From Octopus bimaculoides (taxonomy: Eukaryota), in assembly GCF_001194135.2 (NCBI RefSeq), contig NC_068984.1:28623821-28687820 (forward strand): a stretch of 64,000 bases of DNA. The letters run 5' to 3'. The notes below the pieces were generated by a model. The model did not search any database. It saw nothing but the letters and a program-made list of their open reading frames with translations, and was not told where the DNA came from. The position numbers and the translations under genes were made by a program. Below, piece by piece: positions 36,070 through 48,285 of this stretch (position 1 is the stretch's first letter; the number at the start of each line of letters is the position of its first letter).

Positions 36070-38001
36070 ATCTAACATAAGGACAATCCATCCAATAACA
36101 TGTCCCAACACCACCTACAATATCCTCACAGCCATACTAACTGAAAGGATATATACTTTCCTTCAACAGAACTCTATCCTTTCACAAGCTCAGAAAGGTT
36201 GTAAAAGGAATTCTTGTGGGTGCAAAGACCAATTACTCATAAATAAAACGATTGTAGGGAATTGCTGGAGCAAAAACAAGAACTTGAGTATGGCATGGAT
36301 AGACTACTGTAAAGTGTTTGATAATGGCCCATATAAATGACTACTCAAGGCCCTTGAGATATACAAGATCTCTCCTGTCGTCTCCAAATTCTTACAAGGT
36401 AGCATGACCAAGTGGAACACACATCTCTTTCAAAATCATAGTAATGGGATGAGCCAATCCAACAGTGTCAACATCAAATGAGGCTTCTTTCAAAGTGACT
36501 CACTCTCTCTCTCTCTCTCTCTCTCCCCATTATTGATCCCACTCTCAAATGAAATGAATAACACTGGGTACAACATTTTTAGCACAATAATAAACCATCT
36601 GTTTTATGTGAATGATCTGAAGCTGTTTGCTAGGAATGACTAAGAACTAGTAGGACTGCTAACAACTGTTAAAGAGTTCAGCAATGAAATCAGGATGGAT
36701 TCTGGCCTCAATAAGTGTGTAAAGCAACTTTTGTCATTAGACTGACCTCAGCATGCAACTGGTACTTAAATTATTGACCTTGAAAGATGGAAAGGCAAAG
36801 TCGACCTCAGCAAAATTTGAACTCAGAAAGTAAAGACAGACAAAATGCCACTAAGCATTTCTCTTGGCATGCTAACATTTCTGCCAGCCTGCCAAGAAAA
36901 TTATTGACAGTTAAAAACATGTACAACCCAAAAGCAGATACTGAGCATCTGTACTTACCTAGAAGTAATGGGGGAAGAAGAATGATGTCATTTGAACTGT
37001 ACTATAAGATTTCCACCATCACAATGAGCTGGTACTTATCTAGTACAGATGATTGGATGCTGCGACTTGTGTGTAAACATGAAAGCAACAAAAAGTCACA
37101 GTCTATTGTCAAAGAAGCTAATGAATTCCTAAGGGAACTTGACATTAGCCCTGAATTAGATGAGAAACCTGAAACCACTGGCACCATGCGGGCAAAACGA
37201 ATCAAGCAAACTGCAAAAAAGAATGGGCAGGAACAAATTGAGGAGTGGTGGAGTCAGAAGTCCCTGAATGGACAGTATTTTCTTTGAAGTCAAAATGCTG
37301 ATGTATACCAAGCAACAACCCGTCAGTGGCTGAGAAGCTCAGGACTAAAATCAGAAACTGAAGGTTTCATATTGGCGGTACAAGATCAAAGCTTGCTTAC
37401 CATAAACTACCAGGCTAACTTTCTTCAAAATGATCCTAAATGCAGATTCTGCAATACATTTGATGAAACAATCGACCATCTCGCTTTGGGATGTCCTGTG
37501 TTGACACCAAACAAATACAAAATTGCTATGATAGGGTAGAACAGTATTTACATTGGAAAATATGTAAACACTACAAAATCAGCACTCCTGCTTACTGGTA
37601 TGAACATCATCCTGAGCCAGTCGATGAAGGTAAAATGTCATTATCCTCTGGAATTTTCCAGTCAACACTGACAGAACAATCCAAGCTAATCAACCAAACA
37701 TAATTAAAGACAGGGAAGAAAATACTTGTGGACTAATAGATGTAAGTGTTCCCACTCATAAAAATATATCTGTAAAGGAAATTGACAAAATTAGTGAATA
37801 GGACCTGGAAACTGAAATACAAAAGATGTAGCATCTTAAAGCAAAAACTGCTCCTGTTCTTGTAAGTGCCCTATGTATGATTACAAAATGGGATGTCAGA
37901 AACATCTAGACAACATCCCAGGAGAACCACATTTCGGAGAAATCCAAAAGATTGTGCTGACAAGTACTGCCCAAATCCTTAGAAAAACTCTATCAATTTA
38001 A
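36070..38001 (+). mobile_element. 5'-truncated R4/Dong-like (RLE) non-LTR retrotransposon, decayed
   Basis: RT motifs PITCPNTTYNILTAIL, QKGC...GCKDQLLINK, AWIDYCKVFD, GFFQSDSLS, NHLFYVNDLKL and GLNKC. Then YNPKADTEHLYLPRSNGGR, a zinc finger KCRFCNTFDETIDHLALGC, RLE ILWNF...IDVSVP...DK, and a C-terminal QKIVLTSTAQILRKTLSI* (stop at 37999-38001). Multiple stops and frameshifts. Confidence 0.9.
36733..36893 (-). mobile_element. SINE family A nested in the R4-like LINE, lacking its 3' tail
   Basis: actggtacttaaattattgaccttgaaagatggaaaggcaaagtcgacctcagcaaaatttgaactc lies between LINE motifs KC-KATF and RKLLT. Confidence 0.8.
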
Positions 38002-38109
38002 ATATATGTGTTGCATTATATAGAGATATTTTGCTATTGCCCTGCCACTTCCCCTCCCCAAGCTTTCAGGACAAAATTGCAAGGATGTGGACTATGAGGA
38101 GAGTGTCTG

Positions 38110-38743
38110 TCATTCCATCCTATTCTCTATATCATGGTCACACTGAATCATAAAATCCCATTGGATTTTTGCATTATCATTTTCGATGATGCCTTCGGGT
38201 TTATGTTCGCACCACTTTTTTGCTCTGTCAAATCCATACTTGTTGCAAAGTGTCCAATGGACAATCCTTGCTATATTGTCATAACATCTCTTATATTCTT
38301 TCAGGGCTAGTGGCGTACATTGATTTATTATAGTCAGGTGTTCTTCCTGTTGCAACCTTACATGATTTTCACATAACAGATCTTTTATTCCACTGATCTT
38401 TGACAGCACAGTTGTAATGTCAACAAGGAATGCCAACATTATATCACAACATTCTGCTGAGCAAAGCTTCAAAATGTCAACATTTGCACACACATATACA
38501 CAATGGGCTTCCTTCCAGTTTCTGTCAACCAATTCTTCTCACAAGGCATTGGTTACTCTGTAGAAGACACTTGTCAAGAGATATGGTTTTAGCATTTTGT
38601 CCACAAATTCTGCACTTATCACTTTCTGATATGTTGTCTATTCTGTATTTGATGTAACTGGTTCTTAATGCTTGCACTTATGCAGCACAGATTAGAGCTT
38701 CTGTTTCTTGTTTTAAATCACGTTTAGTCCTCCATAGCCATCT
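38110..38743 (-). mobile_element. Second R4/Dong-like LINE fragment (zinc finger and start of RLE), interrupted by a 261-bp insert
   Basis: RWLWRTKRDLKQETEALICAA*VQALRTSYIKYRID...DKCRICGQNAKT, then the insert 38322-38582, then CTPLALKEYKRCYDNIARIVHWTLCNKYGFDRAKKWCEHKPEGIIENDNAKIQWDFMIQCD. The 5' end abuts (AAT)n at 38744-38775. Confidence 0.85.
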
Positions 38744-39894
38744 TTATTATTATTATTATTACTATTATTATTATTTTCAATATTTTGATAGAGACAGTGG
38801 AATACCTGACTAAATGCTTTTTTTCAAACTTGTTCTCAGCAGTTTAAGAACAAATCCAAAGACATTAGTCTCACATGTTTAGAGTATATAAAATAAATAA
38901 CACTCACATTCTATTGGATAAACTCTCTTTTCTATGAAATAGGCTATATATGAATTATATGAGAATATAATACACACCAAAATTGTTTAAGAGTTTTGAT
39001 ATATAAGCAATCAATTTGGTATAATTGCATAGCCTCAAATTATTATGCAATCAACTGGAGTGTGTAATTAATCCAATGTGCACAGTAAATAATAAATTAT
39101 GAGATTTCAATGTATTATTAGTTGTAAGGTTTAAGTTAAAAATGATCCTACTATATGATAAAAAAAGAGAGAATATTTTACTTAAAGAACATTTTGTGTA
39201 TACAGTAATTACTAATGTTCCACCTAGTCTCAGTTAGCTTTCTTATTGCCATGTATTGGCCTAGTAGTCATTTGACTAAACAGTTTGGGTATCGTTTGTT
39301 TATCTTTGATATTCTTCAACTAACCAAGCTACAACAGACTCAAGTGCTATGTTATTCTTCTTAATATTTCGTTGGTCAATAAATTTGTATACATAATTTA
39401 CTCATCATCCACCCAAGGCAAGCCACCTTTTTGCTTTTGTCTTATTGACATGTGTTGACAGGATATTTGACTTATCCCTGATGAGGTCCTAGTTTTCTTT
39501 GATATCCTTCAATCATCCAGATTCATATCTCTCAACAATGGCTTTCATTCACTTTAAATTACTCAATGATAACAATTTGGGATGAGTGGATTTCTAAAAA
39601 TTTTAATTGGTCAAATCCCAAAGTATGTAGGATAATGAAAGTAACTAATTAGTATTCATTCATTTATTGATTAAAAACAATCTTATTTCCATATTTTATT
39701 AACAACGAACATATATTTATTAAAAAAAAAAAAACTGATTATACACCGAAATTTTAATTTTGATCATCTGTAAGTCATTGAAAGGATATGAATAATTTGA
39801 ATAAATTTGATATTGCTGATATCATGTTTGTAAACAAGAAGTACTCACTACTCTCTTTTAAACTAATCATGAAAACATGATTTCAAAATTACTT

Positions 39895-40220
39895 TTCTTC
39901 ATTCAATATCCAATTTCCATGCTAGCACACGCTGTAGAGAGATTTATTATAGTCAGGTGTTCTTCCTGTTGCAACTTTACATGATTTTCTTTCACATAAC
40001 GGATCTTTTATTCCACTGGTCTTTGACAGCACAGTTGTAATGTCAACAAGGAATGCCAACATTATATCACAACATTCTACTGAGCAAAGCTTCAAAATGT
40101 CAACATTTGCACTCACATACACACAATGGGCTTCCTTCCAGTTTCTGTCAACCAATTCTTCTCACAAGGCATTGGTTGGCTCTGTAGAAGACACTTGCCA
40201 AGAGATGTGCAATGGGACTT
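39895..40220 (-). mobile_element. Diverged SINE family B copy
   Basis: Minus strand agtcccattgcacatctcttggcaagtgtcttctac...gccttgtgag...gacagaaactggaaggaagccc...gctagcatggaaattggatattgaatg. Confidence 0.7.
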
Positions 40221-42724
40221 CATAATTATTCAGTCTACAACTTTTCATATTAAATCAAATGCTTGATTTTACGATACATTTATTTTCTTTACTATATAAC
40301 TCAAGAAAGTATTAAGCAATTAACAGATATCGCAATTAACTAATCAAAAATATTTTAAATTTAAATTCTTAGATGGTAAAAAATGTTTTTCATGGTGTTT
40401 GAAGTATCAACATAATGCCTCTACAAATCAGTAAATATGTTTCATTTGCATTGCATAAAGTTACACAAGTGTCAGTTATATAGAGAAAAAGAGAACTTTT
40501 AGTTAATGAAGCATGATGGTAACAGAGATAGATGGACCATATATAGATGGACCTATAAAAATGAAGTATTGTTCTGCAGATCTGAGAACTTTCATAACTA
40601 TAGCTTTATGATAAAAAAAAAAAAATTCTAGTGTTTCTCTTTTTTTTCTTTTCAATGATAGGGAAGGTATTTTTCAGTAAAAGATATAAGTAAATGCACT
40701 TGGAACCTTATAAGTTTATATCTAAACTCAAAATTAACTAAATGTAACTGTCATAAAAAGGATAACAGTGATTTTGATTAAATATATAAACTGGATAATT
40801 TATTGGTTATATGGATAGGTAATGTCAGTGTATTTTGCTTGTCATTACCACAGCACCACTGCCACTACTACATCTACTGGGAAATTAAGGGCATCCCAGA
40901 TTCTCATTTCAGAGGTTTTATGTTTATTATCTCTATTATTATTACGTTTCAAAAAACTTCCATATTTTAATCGTAATGTGAGCACTATGACAAAAGATTT
41001 CATTATTAAATTTTTTTTTAAATCTAGAGCAGTGGAGATAGCCACAGATAAATGATCAGATAGTTTGTTGTGTAAAGTTCAATGTTTCAGTTTTTAAATA
41101 AAAAAAAAAAGAGGTTGATTTTGTTTCCCTTCATTCATAAAATAATAACCAGTAATACATTGCACTCCATGCAGTTAAAATGTTTGGTTCACTTTACACA
41201 CCACCTCAAAAGTAAATAAATGAAATAAGTCACTGAATAAAGGAATTGTGTCTATAATAATAATAATAATAATAATAATAATGTTGATGATGATGACAAT
41301 GGTGATGATCATGATGATCTTCTGATTCTAAGTCAGATGCCTTATCCATTAAACCATGTGGGCCAGCAGAGTTCATATATTTTTTTCTTATCAGCACTTT
41401 TTCACCTTTCTGCTTTTTTTCCTTTTTTATTATTTCATCTCAAAACTATTATGCTCTTCTCATCTCTCTCTCTCTCTCTCTCTCTCTGTGGTATTTATCT
41501 CAAATTAAATAGAGAAAATACAATTTCACATGATGAAGAAAAAGAAAAAAAAAATCTAGCCTGAACTTTCCACTCAATGGAAGACATAAATAAAGCTGAG
41601 CTGATTATTTTTGACTTTAATCTTGTTTATATTCCATTGCTTTCATTTTTATCCTATTTTACTGTTATTTACTAGATTTTCTGTTGAAAAATTTTAAAAA
41701 ATCAAAGATAATGATCATATCTGTTATTTTCTTCCTCTGTAAGATTTTTTTTTTACCTCTTAACTCATTATCCTCTTTATCATTCTAATTTCTCTCTCTC
41801 TCTCTCATTCAATTTCACTTTCTTCCCCTCATTCAATCTGTCTTTCCCCTTTCATCTGCAACCTCTTTTTTTTTTCTCTCTGTCATGATCTATCACTTTC
41901 TCTACCTTTGCATCTCTCGCATCTCAGTTTATTTTTACCTTTTTCCATTCCCTATATTCTCTTCATATCTATTTTTACTATTGTTTCAGATCTCTCTCTC
42001 TCTCTCTCTCACACACACACTCACACACACACACACACACACACACATGCACACACACACACTCACTCTAAAACATATGTTTGAATCTCTCTTCTATCTA
42101 TCTCATCCATAATTATTACTTTTGTCATTCTCTTTCTTTCTCATGTTCCCTTTTCTCTGGACTCACCTCTCATTCTCTTCTGACATTTCTCACATAGACC
42201 CACTCTCTCCTCCCTTTGTTTCTCCATGATTCATGGCTGTTGGAAATAATAGCCAACAGTAGAAAGATGAAGATCTCTTGAGGGCCATAGCAGTCAGAAT
42301 TGCTGTTTAGATCTGAGCTCAGTTAATAGCTGATCTAATGCTATATTCTCAGTAGCATTATGAACATGAAACAACATGGAGAGGTGAAATGGTTGGATAT
42401 AACTTCCTACCGACAATTGAAAGAGCTATTATACTACTTAATTCATTTCATCAGCTATGATATTTTTTAATACTTTTTATGATATTTATTTTAACTGTTT
42501 TCTTTGTATGCTTTTTTTTTTCAGTAAATTTACTGTGATGTAGCTGAATGGAGATAAAAACATAATGCGTAAAAGAAGAAATGTGAATTGTTTGGGTGCA
42601 TAAAATATTTGTGCAAATACACAATTTTATTCACAATAAAATTAAATACACACACACATATATATGCTTGTGTGTGTGTGAGTATAAGTATATATGGTGA
42701 GAGACAGACACAATTTCATATACA

Positions 42725-42787
<63 letters not shown>

Positions 42788-43129
42788 TACATACACACAC
42801 ACATGTGCATCTTATGGACATGCTTGCATTCACAATAAATATTCCATTGTCCATCATAATCTTCCTCATTATCATTGTATAAATGTCTATTTTCCTGCTG
42901 TCTATAAGAAGAAAGTATAGCTAATTACACTCATTTCACTGCACCATTGTTTCTGTAAAGCCCTGCATTCTGAAATCTGATATCACGAAGGATCTTCTAC
43001 ATGGTTACTCAAACTGTTAGAAAAGTATTGAAATCTTCATCAATTGACACCTACTGACATCAGATAATGTGGTCTTATGTTCCTGGTATACAGGAAAATG
43101 ACTGAACAATCATGATTGGGTTACCTTTT

Positions 43130-43340
43130 ATTATATGGTTCACCTGATTGGGATGGGACTTAATCACAACGACTTCCTTCAGTACAGTCACCTTCCATTG
43201 TCAGAACATATCATTTCACTTCCTTTTGTTGTCTACACAAGTCTTTCTTGCATATAGCATCTGACATCTTTAATACTCAACCATTCTCTAAGCCACCTTC
43301 TACTCATGCTCATTAATATTACATAAGCCTGCCTATTATC
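43130..43340 (-). mobile_element. RTE-clade LINE C-terminal fragment (decayed)
   Basis: Minus strand ttgagtattaaagatgtcagatgctatatgcaagaaagacttgtg resembles the C-terminal LGI..IRC.VQERRL region of the 25.3-kb RTE. Confidence 0.45.
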
Positions 43341-43519
43341 AATTGTCTATCTCAGCATTATTGAATCTTCTGTTTTGTTCAATTTAATCCCCCTGCCATT
43401 CACTCTTTTACTATATTTAATAGTCATCCAATCACAACATGGTGTCTTCAAAGATTATCTCAGGGCTGGTAAATCTTTGCATTTCATTCTTTTTATCTCA
43501 TAATCAATCATCTCAAGAT

Positions 43520-43631
43520 GGTAATTTAAGACTTGAAGTATTGTAACGGTAATTTAAAACTTGAAAGATTGTCAAGATAATTCAAAACTCAGAGTATTGT
43601 CAAGGTACTTTAAAACTTAAGGTATTGTCAT
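43520..43631. repeat. Degenerate 28-bp minisatellite, 4 units
   Basis: ggtaatttaagacttgaagtattgtaac / ggtaatttaaaacttgaaagattgtcaa / gataattcaaaactcagagtattgtcaa / ggtactttaaaacttaaggtattgtcat. Confidence 0.9.
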
Positions 43632-44179
43632 AGATACCTGTTTACTTGTCATTGTTTTTTGTATCTCTTTGTAAGCTAACTACCTATAAACCACTCTATT
43701 TGACAAAACAGAAAGAGACCTCTCTATATAAAAGCAATTCTTACTAGAAATATCAACCAAATTTTCCTCAATTAACACTCTATCATCTTATAAAAAAGAT
43801 ATACAGAATAATGTAGCTGTTGGCATTCAAAAAGACAGGATAGTCATGGCTGAAATGTTTTAATCAGTGAGGACATGTAGTTGTCATGATGGTGGCTAAA
43901 TAACATGATCTATGATCTATTTAGCAAGAGCGACTTTCAGTTTGGTATTTGTTCTTGCTGTCTTTGAATTTTGTCTGATATTTTTCTATTTCAGTTACTA
44001 ATATTCCCAACATATAGCTCAAAATTTAATGTCATGGCACTTTGTAAACAGTCCTTCTGCCCAGTGACAAAACTGGGATTTAGGAACGAAGAGTATGCTA
44101 AGGTGCATGAGGCTGAGGTCAGGAGAAAGGGCAGAGATAGACACTATAAACTCTTCCTCTCCTCAGCTGTTTCTCATAT

Positions 44180-44340
44180 ACGCCTACCTTTCTGTCTCCT
44201 GAATGTGACTTGATTAACTATCTTGGCAGTAATCTTGTATTATACTTTCCCAGATATTTTAAGCATCTGTGCACCTATCCCTGATGGACCTATGGCTTTC
44301 CTCCTTTTCACACCCTTAATGACATCACCGATCCAATAAA
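44180..44340 (-). mobile_element. RTE-clade LINE fragment (pre-RT region)
   Basis: Translation VIKGVKRRKAIGPSGIGAQMLKISGKV*YKITAKIVNQV, matching the KAxGPxGI motif. Confidence 0.7.
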
Positions 44341-44366
44341 GAGACCAATGATATGCATATGCATGC

Positions 44367-44407
<41 letters not shown>

Positions 44408-45199
44408 GCCCATCATATATATATATGTTTATAAATGATCGACATCTTTCATTTACTTTTTGCCAAATTCATTCAATATGTTTCTGTTTATCCAGGGGCT
44501 AGAGAAGAAAATAAGATACTTGCACCTGAACCAGAGTCAATATGGTTGGGTGGCAAATTTCTTAACCAGACACCTATGCTTGTGTCTAGATATACCTATA
44601 CAGAGAAAGTTTGCTATTGTTACAAACTTGTTAGGAAGAAGAAAATTCATTTAAGGAAGTAGTCACTATGAATTGAAATTGATGCAGGATTGAGATGACA
44701 GTTAATCCAGCAGGAGAGCTTGTCTAGTGTCAGCAGCATCATAAATATACAGGACCTGGTTGACAATACAAATGGATCTAACTCTAAAACATAAGCCTAC
44801 TCAAATTATGCAGTGTGAAAACTACAATTATATACGCATGTACGTGCTTGTGAGTGTAAATATACTTTTATATATATGTATGCATGAGTACATGTGCATA
44901 CGTACACACATCTAGTTCTTTAGTTGATTTAAACCATTATGAATTCTACTCAAGCTAGACCAACACCTTGATGACTGTATCTTATATTTAGCATTGCTGG
45001 TTATTTGCTTGTGTGTATATGTCTGTTTTTGGTAAATTACTGGAGAATGCTTCCCATTGATTATAACATGCTAAAAATGAGAAGTCATCGAAATGTTCTT
45101 GCTTTCTTCAGCTAAGAAACTAAATAACCAGGATCCTCTAATGACATATTTGATTTCATTTAATGCAATCTTTGCTATTTGATGTTTATCTTCTTGTTC

Positions 45200-45960
45200 C
45201 GTCATTTATTCAATGGTGTATACCAAAGTTTGGCACCTTATCTTTCATATGTAGATGATGGTATGCTTGTATCTCATGTATTTTAGTGAGTAGAACATTT
45301 TAGAGCTTAGAGTCACAAAGTTCAGTAAAGTTGTTTTACTCATGTCATATATTTAGGAGGATGTTTTGCTGTTTTTCTAGTGAAAATGCTTCATCATCAA
45401 GTATTGGTGTTACAGAGTTATGAAAAAATCATGTCTAAAAATAAATTGTTTTGTAATATCAACATTACTGTTGTGAGGTGAATGACACATTATCAAAGTA
45501 TGTTAGAATAGATGCATTGCTGGGCAAGGTGATGTTGAAAATCCTGGCTGATTCTATGCTTAGCTCTGGTTCAATGTTACTGGAAGCTTTCCAACATCTA
45601 GAAAACTGAAAAAGAACTTTTCTTGGACATTCTTGAATGATTTTAAATGATGAGTGAAAGGCTATGCCGTTTTGAAACCAAGTAGGTTTCTAAGACAATT
45701 ACCTCAGCCTGTCTGATTGTGTATTTTTTTTTTATTGCTGGTCATATGGGTGAATGAATACTTGGCTTTACTTTCTGACTAGCTGAAGAAAATCTTCAGA
45801 TAGTTAATAATTTTTCATATTTCATGAACTGAAAGAAAACTTTCTCATATTACTTTTGTAAGATGCCATATATATTTGCTAGATCTTTGATATGATATTG
45901 ATCCTAATGTAGCAGCTGTCTGATTTTGGACAGTATTATAAGAGACTCAGATGCATAACA
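45200..45960 (-). mobile_element. Probable decayed CR1-type LINE fragment
   Basis: Weak frameshifted similarity to the pre-RT region (TLDD..., KAL..., .GIP... motifs). Confidence 0.3.
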
Positions 45961-46578
45961 TAAGAAAGTTTGGAAAATCTTATACATGTCTGAGATTTTT
46001 AATGAATGTTCTTCAAGAAAGTTTTAAACTCCTGTTTCAGTGTTATTTATTATAACATGTTTATTTTAAAGTGGGGTTGTATACATAGTCTATTGTTTAT
46101 TTGATTCCTTATATCTATTTCATATCATGAATCACCTATATTTTAGAATATGGAGAAGTTATTCTTTTTAAGTTTATAATTCTTATGTATAGAAAATGGA
46201 CATATTTCATAAGTTCAGTTTTGTATGTGGAAACAAAGTCTAGCAAGTTTATTTTCTGATAGGCTGAGAGTGGAAAGAAACCATTTTATGTAGATTAAAA
46301 AGGTGTTAGCATATCTCTTTATTCAAATACAGATATCCTTCCTTGACATGGCTTTTCATGATGTCATTTTAAGGTTGACATTTTTTCCCCAGCATTTTTG
46401 ATTTGTGAGAAGACTTTCTTTGTGAACACTTTGTGTGAAACTGAGTCAGAAAGTCAATAAATGATGCCTATAGCGAAACTTTATTGTGGCAAATAAACAA
46501 GTATACAGTAATGCACAACATATAAATAGAAAAGGATAATATTTGGTGTGAGATCGTCATTCACAATATAAAATAATA

Positions 46579-47007
46579 CTAGCTGGCCCCATGCCATCAA
46601 AAATGATGGCTAATTGTAATATTTTATATATAAATAAGGTACAAAATGATCACAGATACAAACATTGAAATACTTCCCGTGTGCATGCACACACATACAC
46701 ACATATACTCACACAGAGTTGAAACGCTGTTTGATTTTTCTTTTCAGAGATAACTCTTCACCATCCCACTTCCATTGCATGCACACACACACAAACACCC
46801 ACACACATTCATGTGACTTCCTTTAACATACACAAACATATAGTCATACACAGTTGAAATGCTATCTATATTTTTTTCACCGTAGAATTTCCACCATCTC
46901 ACTACCAAGTTTGTCATCACCCCTTACTTCCTTATTCATTTATTACCCCTTCCTTTCTCATTCATATGTCGTGATGGAGAAATATACAAGAGTATTATTA
47001 TAGTAGA
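46579..47007 (-). mobile_element. Non-autonomous Helitron with canonical termini
   Basis: Minus strand A|TCTACTATAATAAT ... CTAG|T, an AT target. A 7-bp stem gccatca-aaaa-tgatggc (46593-46610) lies 10 nt from the CTAG. An internal ~135-bp degenerate duplication is present (cacagagttgaaacgct at ~46710, cacagttgaaatgct at ~46848). Confidence 0.8.
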
Positions 47008-47599
47008 TTGTTGAACCATTTTTTTTTTTCATGTGTGTGTTTCTGTATTTGCCACTTCTCTACACTACATCTACTCTCAGCTTTCAATACTCAATATTTC
47101 ACTGGTCAATAATAAGGCAGCTAAGAGGGTGTCTATGCCTGCTTTCAAGTGAGGGTTATGATTGCGCGCGTGCACACACACACACACAGATAGGACATCC
47201 ATTTGTAGGAGCCATACCAAAATTTAGGTGTCGGAGCAAGAAGTGACTCTCTGACCTATCTAAGAGGGTTACACCTTCAATAAAAACTGGCTTAGATTCT
47301 GTCAAACTGCCTAAACCATGCCAGTATGGGAAACAGATGAGAAATGATGAGGCTCATAGATGTAATGTAGGACAGCACTAAATTTTCTCTACCAAACCAA
47401 CCCTATCACCCTTAACACTCAGTCCTTTCACACAAATGAGTAACGTTATTCCTACCCTTTTCTTTCAATATTATCCCTAACTTTGTCTCCCCTGTTCCTC
47501 TTTCCAGTACCAGTCTCTCATAACAATAAATTTTACATCCTCACCACCACCACATTACATTTTAAATTGTTTTCTTTCAACACCTCACTCTCTTTCCTA

Positions 47600-47960
47600 T
47601 TCTTTTTTCAGTCATGAGTGCTCTTTAGCTTTGTGAAATACAAAGTGATTTAACCAGTGCTAATGCTGCAAGGAAACACTCAGTAAATTCTATAAAGTGT
47701 TTGGCAAATCAAGCAAAGACAATGCAGGTTTGGAAGGACTCTTTAGTCTGAGTGCAAAACAATTTGTGTAAAACTGGTTTCACATAAAAATGCACCCAGT
47801 ACTCTCTGCAAAGCAAGTGATATTAAGAAGGGCACTCAGTCATAGAAAGCATGTCACAGTTGAGACACTGGGGTAAGACATGCCCTCTAATTCATTCAAT
47901 CCTGTCAAACCATCTAATTTATGCCAGTATGAAAAGCTGATGTAAATGATGATGATGATG
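47600..47960 (+). mobile_element. Decayed SINE/RTE-tail element ending in (GAT)n
   Basis: aagaagggcactcagtcatagaaagcatg...atgccagtatgaaaagctgatgtaaatgatgatgatgatg. Confidence 0.55.
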
Positions 47961-48227
47961 ATACAAAAAGTTTTTTAAAAAAAGCACAACAGAAGGTTAA
48001 TAGAGCAATAACATCATAATAATTTATCATCTAAATTTTCATTTTTATTTTCATCCAAAACTCATATCATGAGCAGATTGACAAGACACTGGTTTCAGGA
48101 GCAGAGTGAGTCATATGGGAGTGGGCAGCTGGTCTTGCACTCACTGTCTAACACTCCTTTTAAAAGTGAATCCTTTGTCTAAGAAGAAAATTGAATTAAG
48201 GAATATGAATGAACAAAATGCTTGTTT

Positions 48228-48285
<58 letters not shown>

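Noticed and set aside
36787-37287. 166-aa ORF as a host gene
   Set aside because: It is a chimera of antisense SINE sequence and the R4-like LINE post-RT region.
42588-42920. ORFs rich in YI, CV, HT, poly-L or poly-T/I (also at 74, 17027, 23963, 24241, 29492)
   Set aside because: These are translations of (TA)n, (CA)n and (AAC)n microsatellites.
43520-43631. CRISPR-like array
   Set aside because: The units are head-to-tail without unique spacers, the context is eukaryotic, and there are no cas genes.
44435-44662. Plus-strand ORFs with an acceptor-like site
   Set aside because: No recognisable domain and no good donor; consistent with chance.
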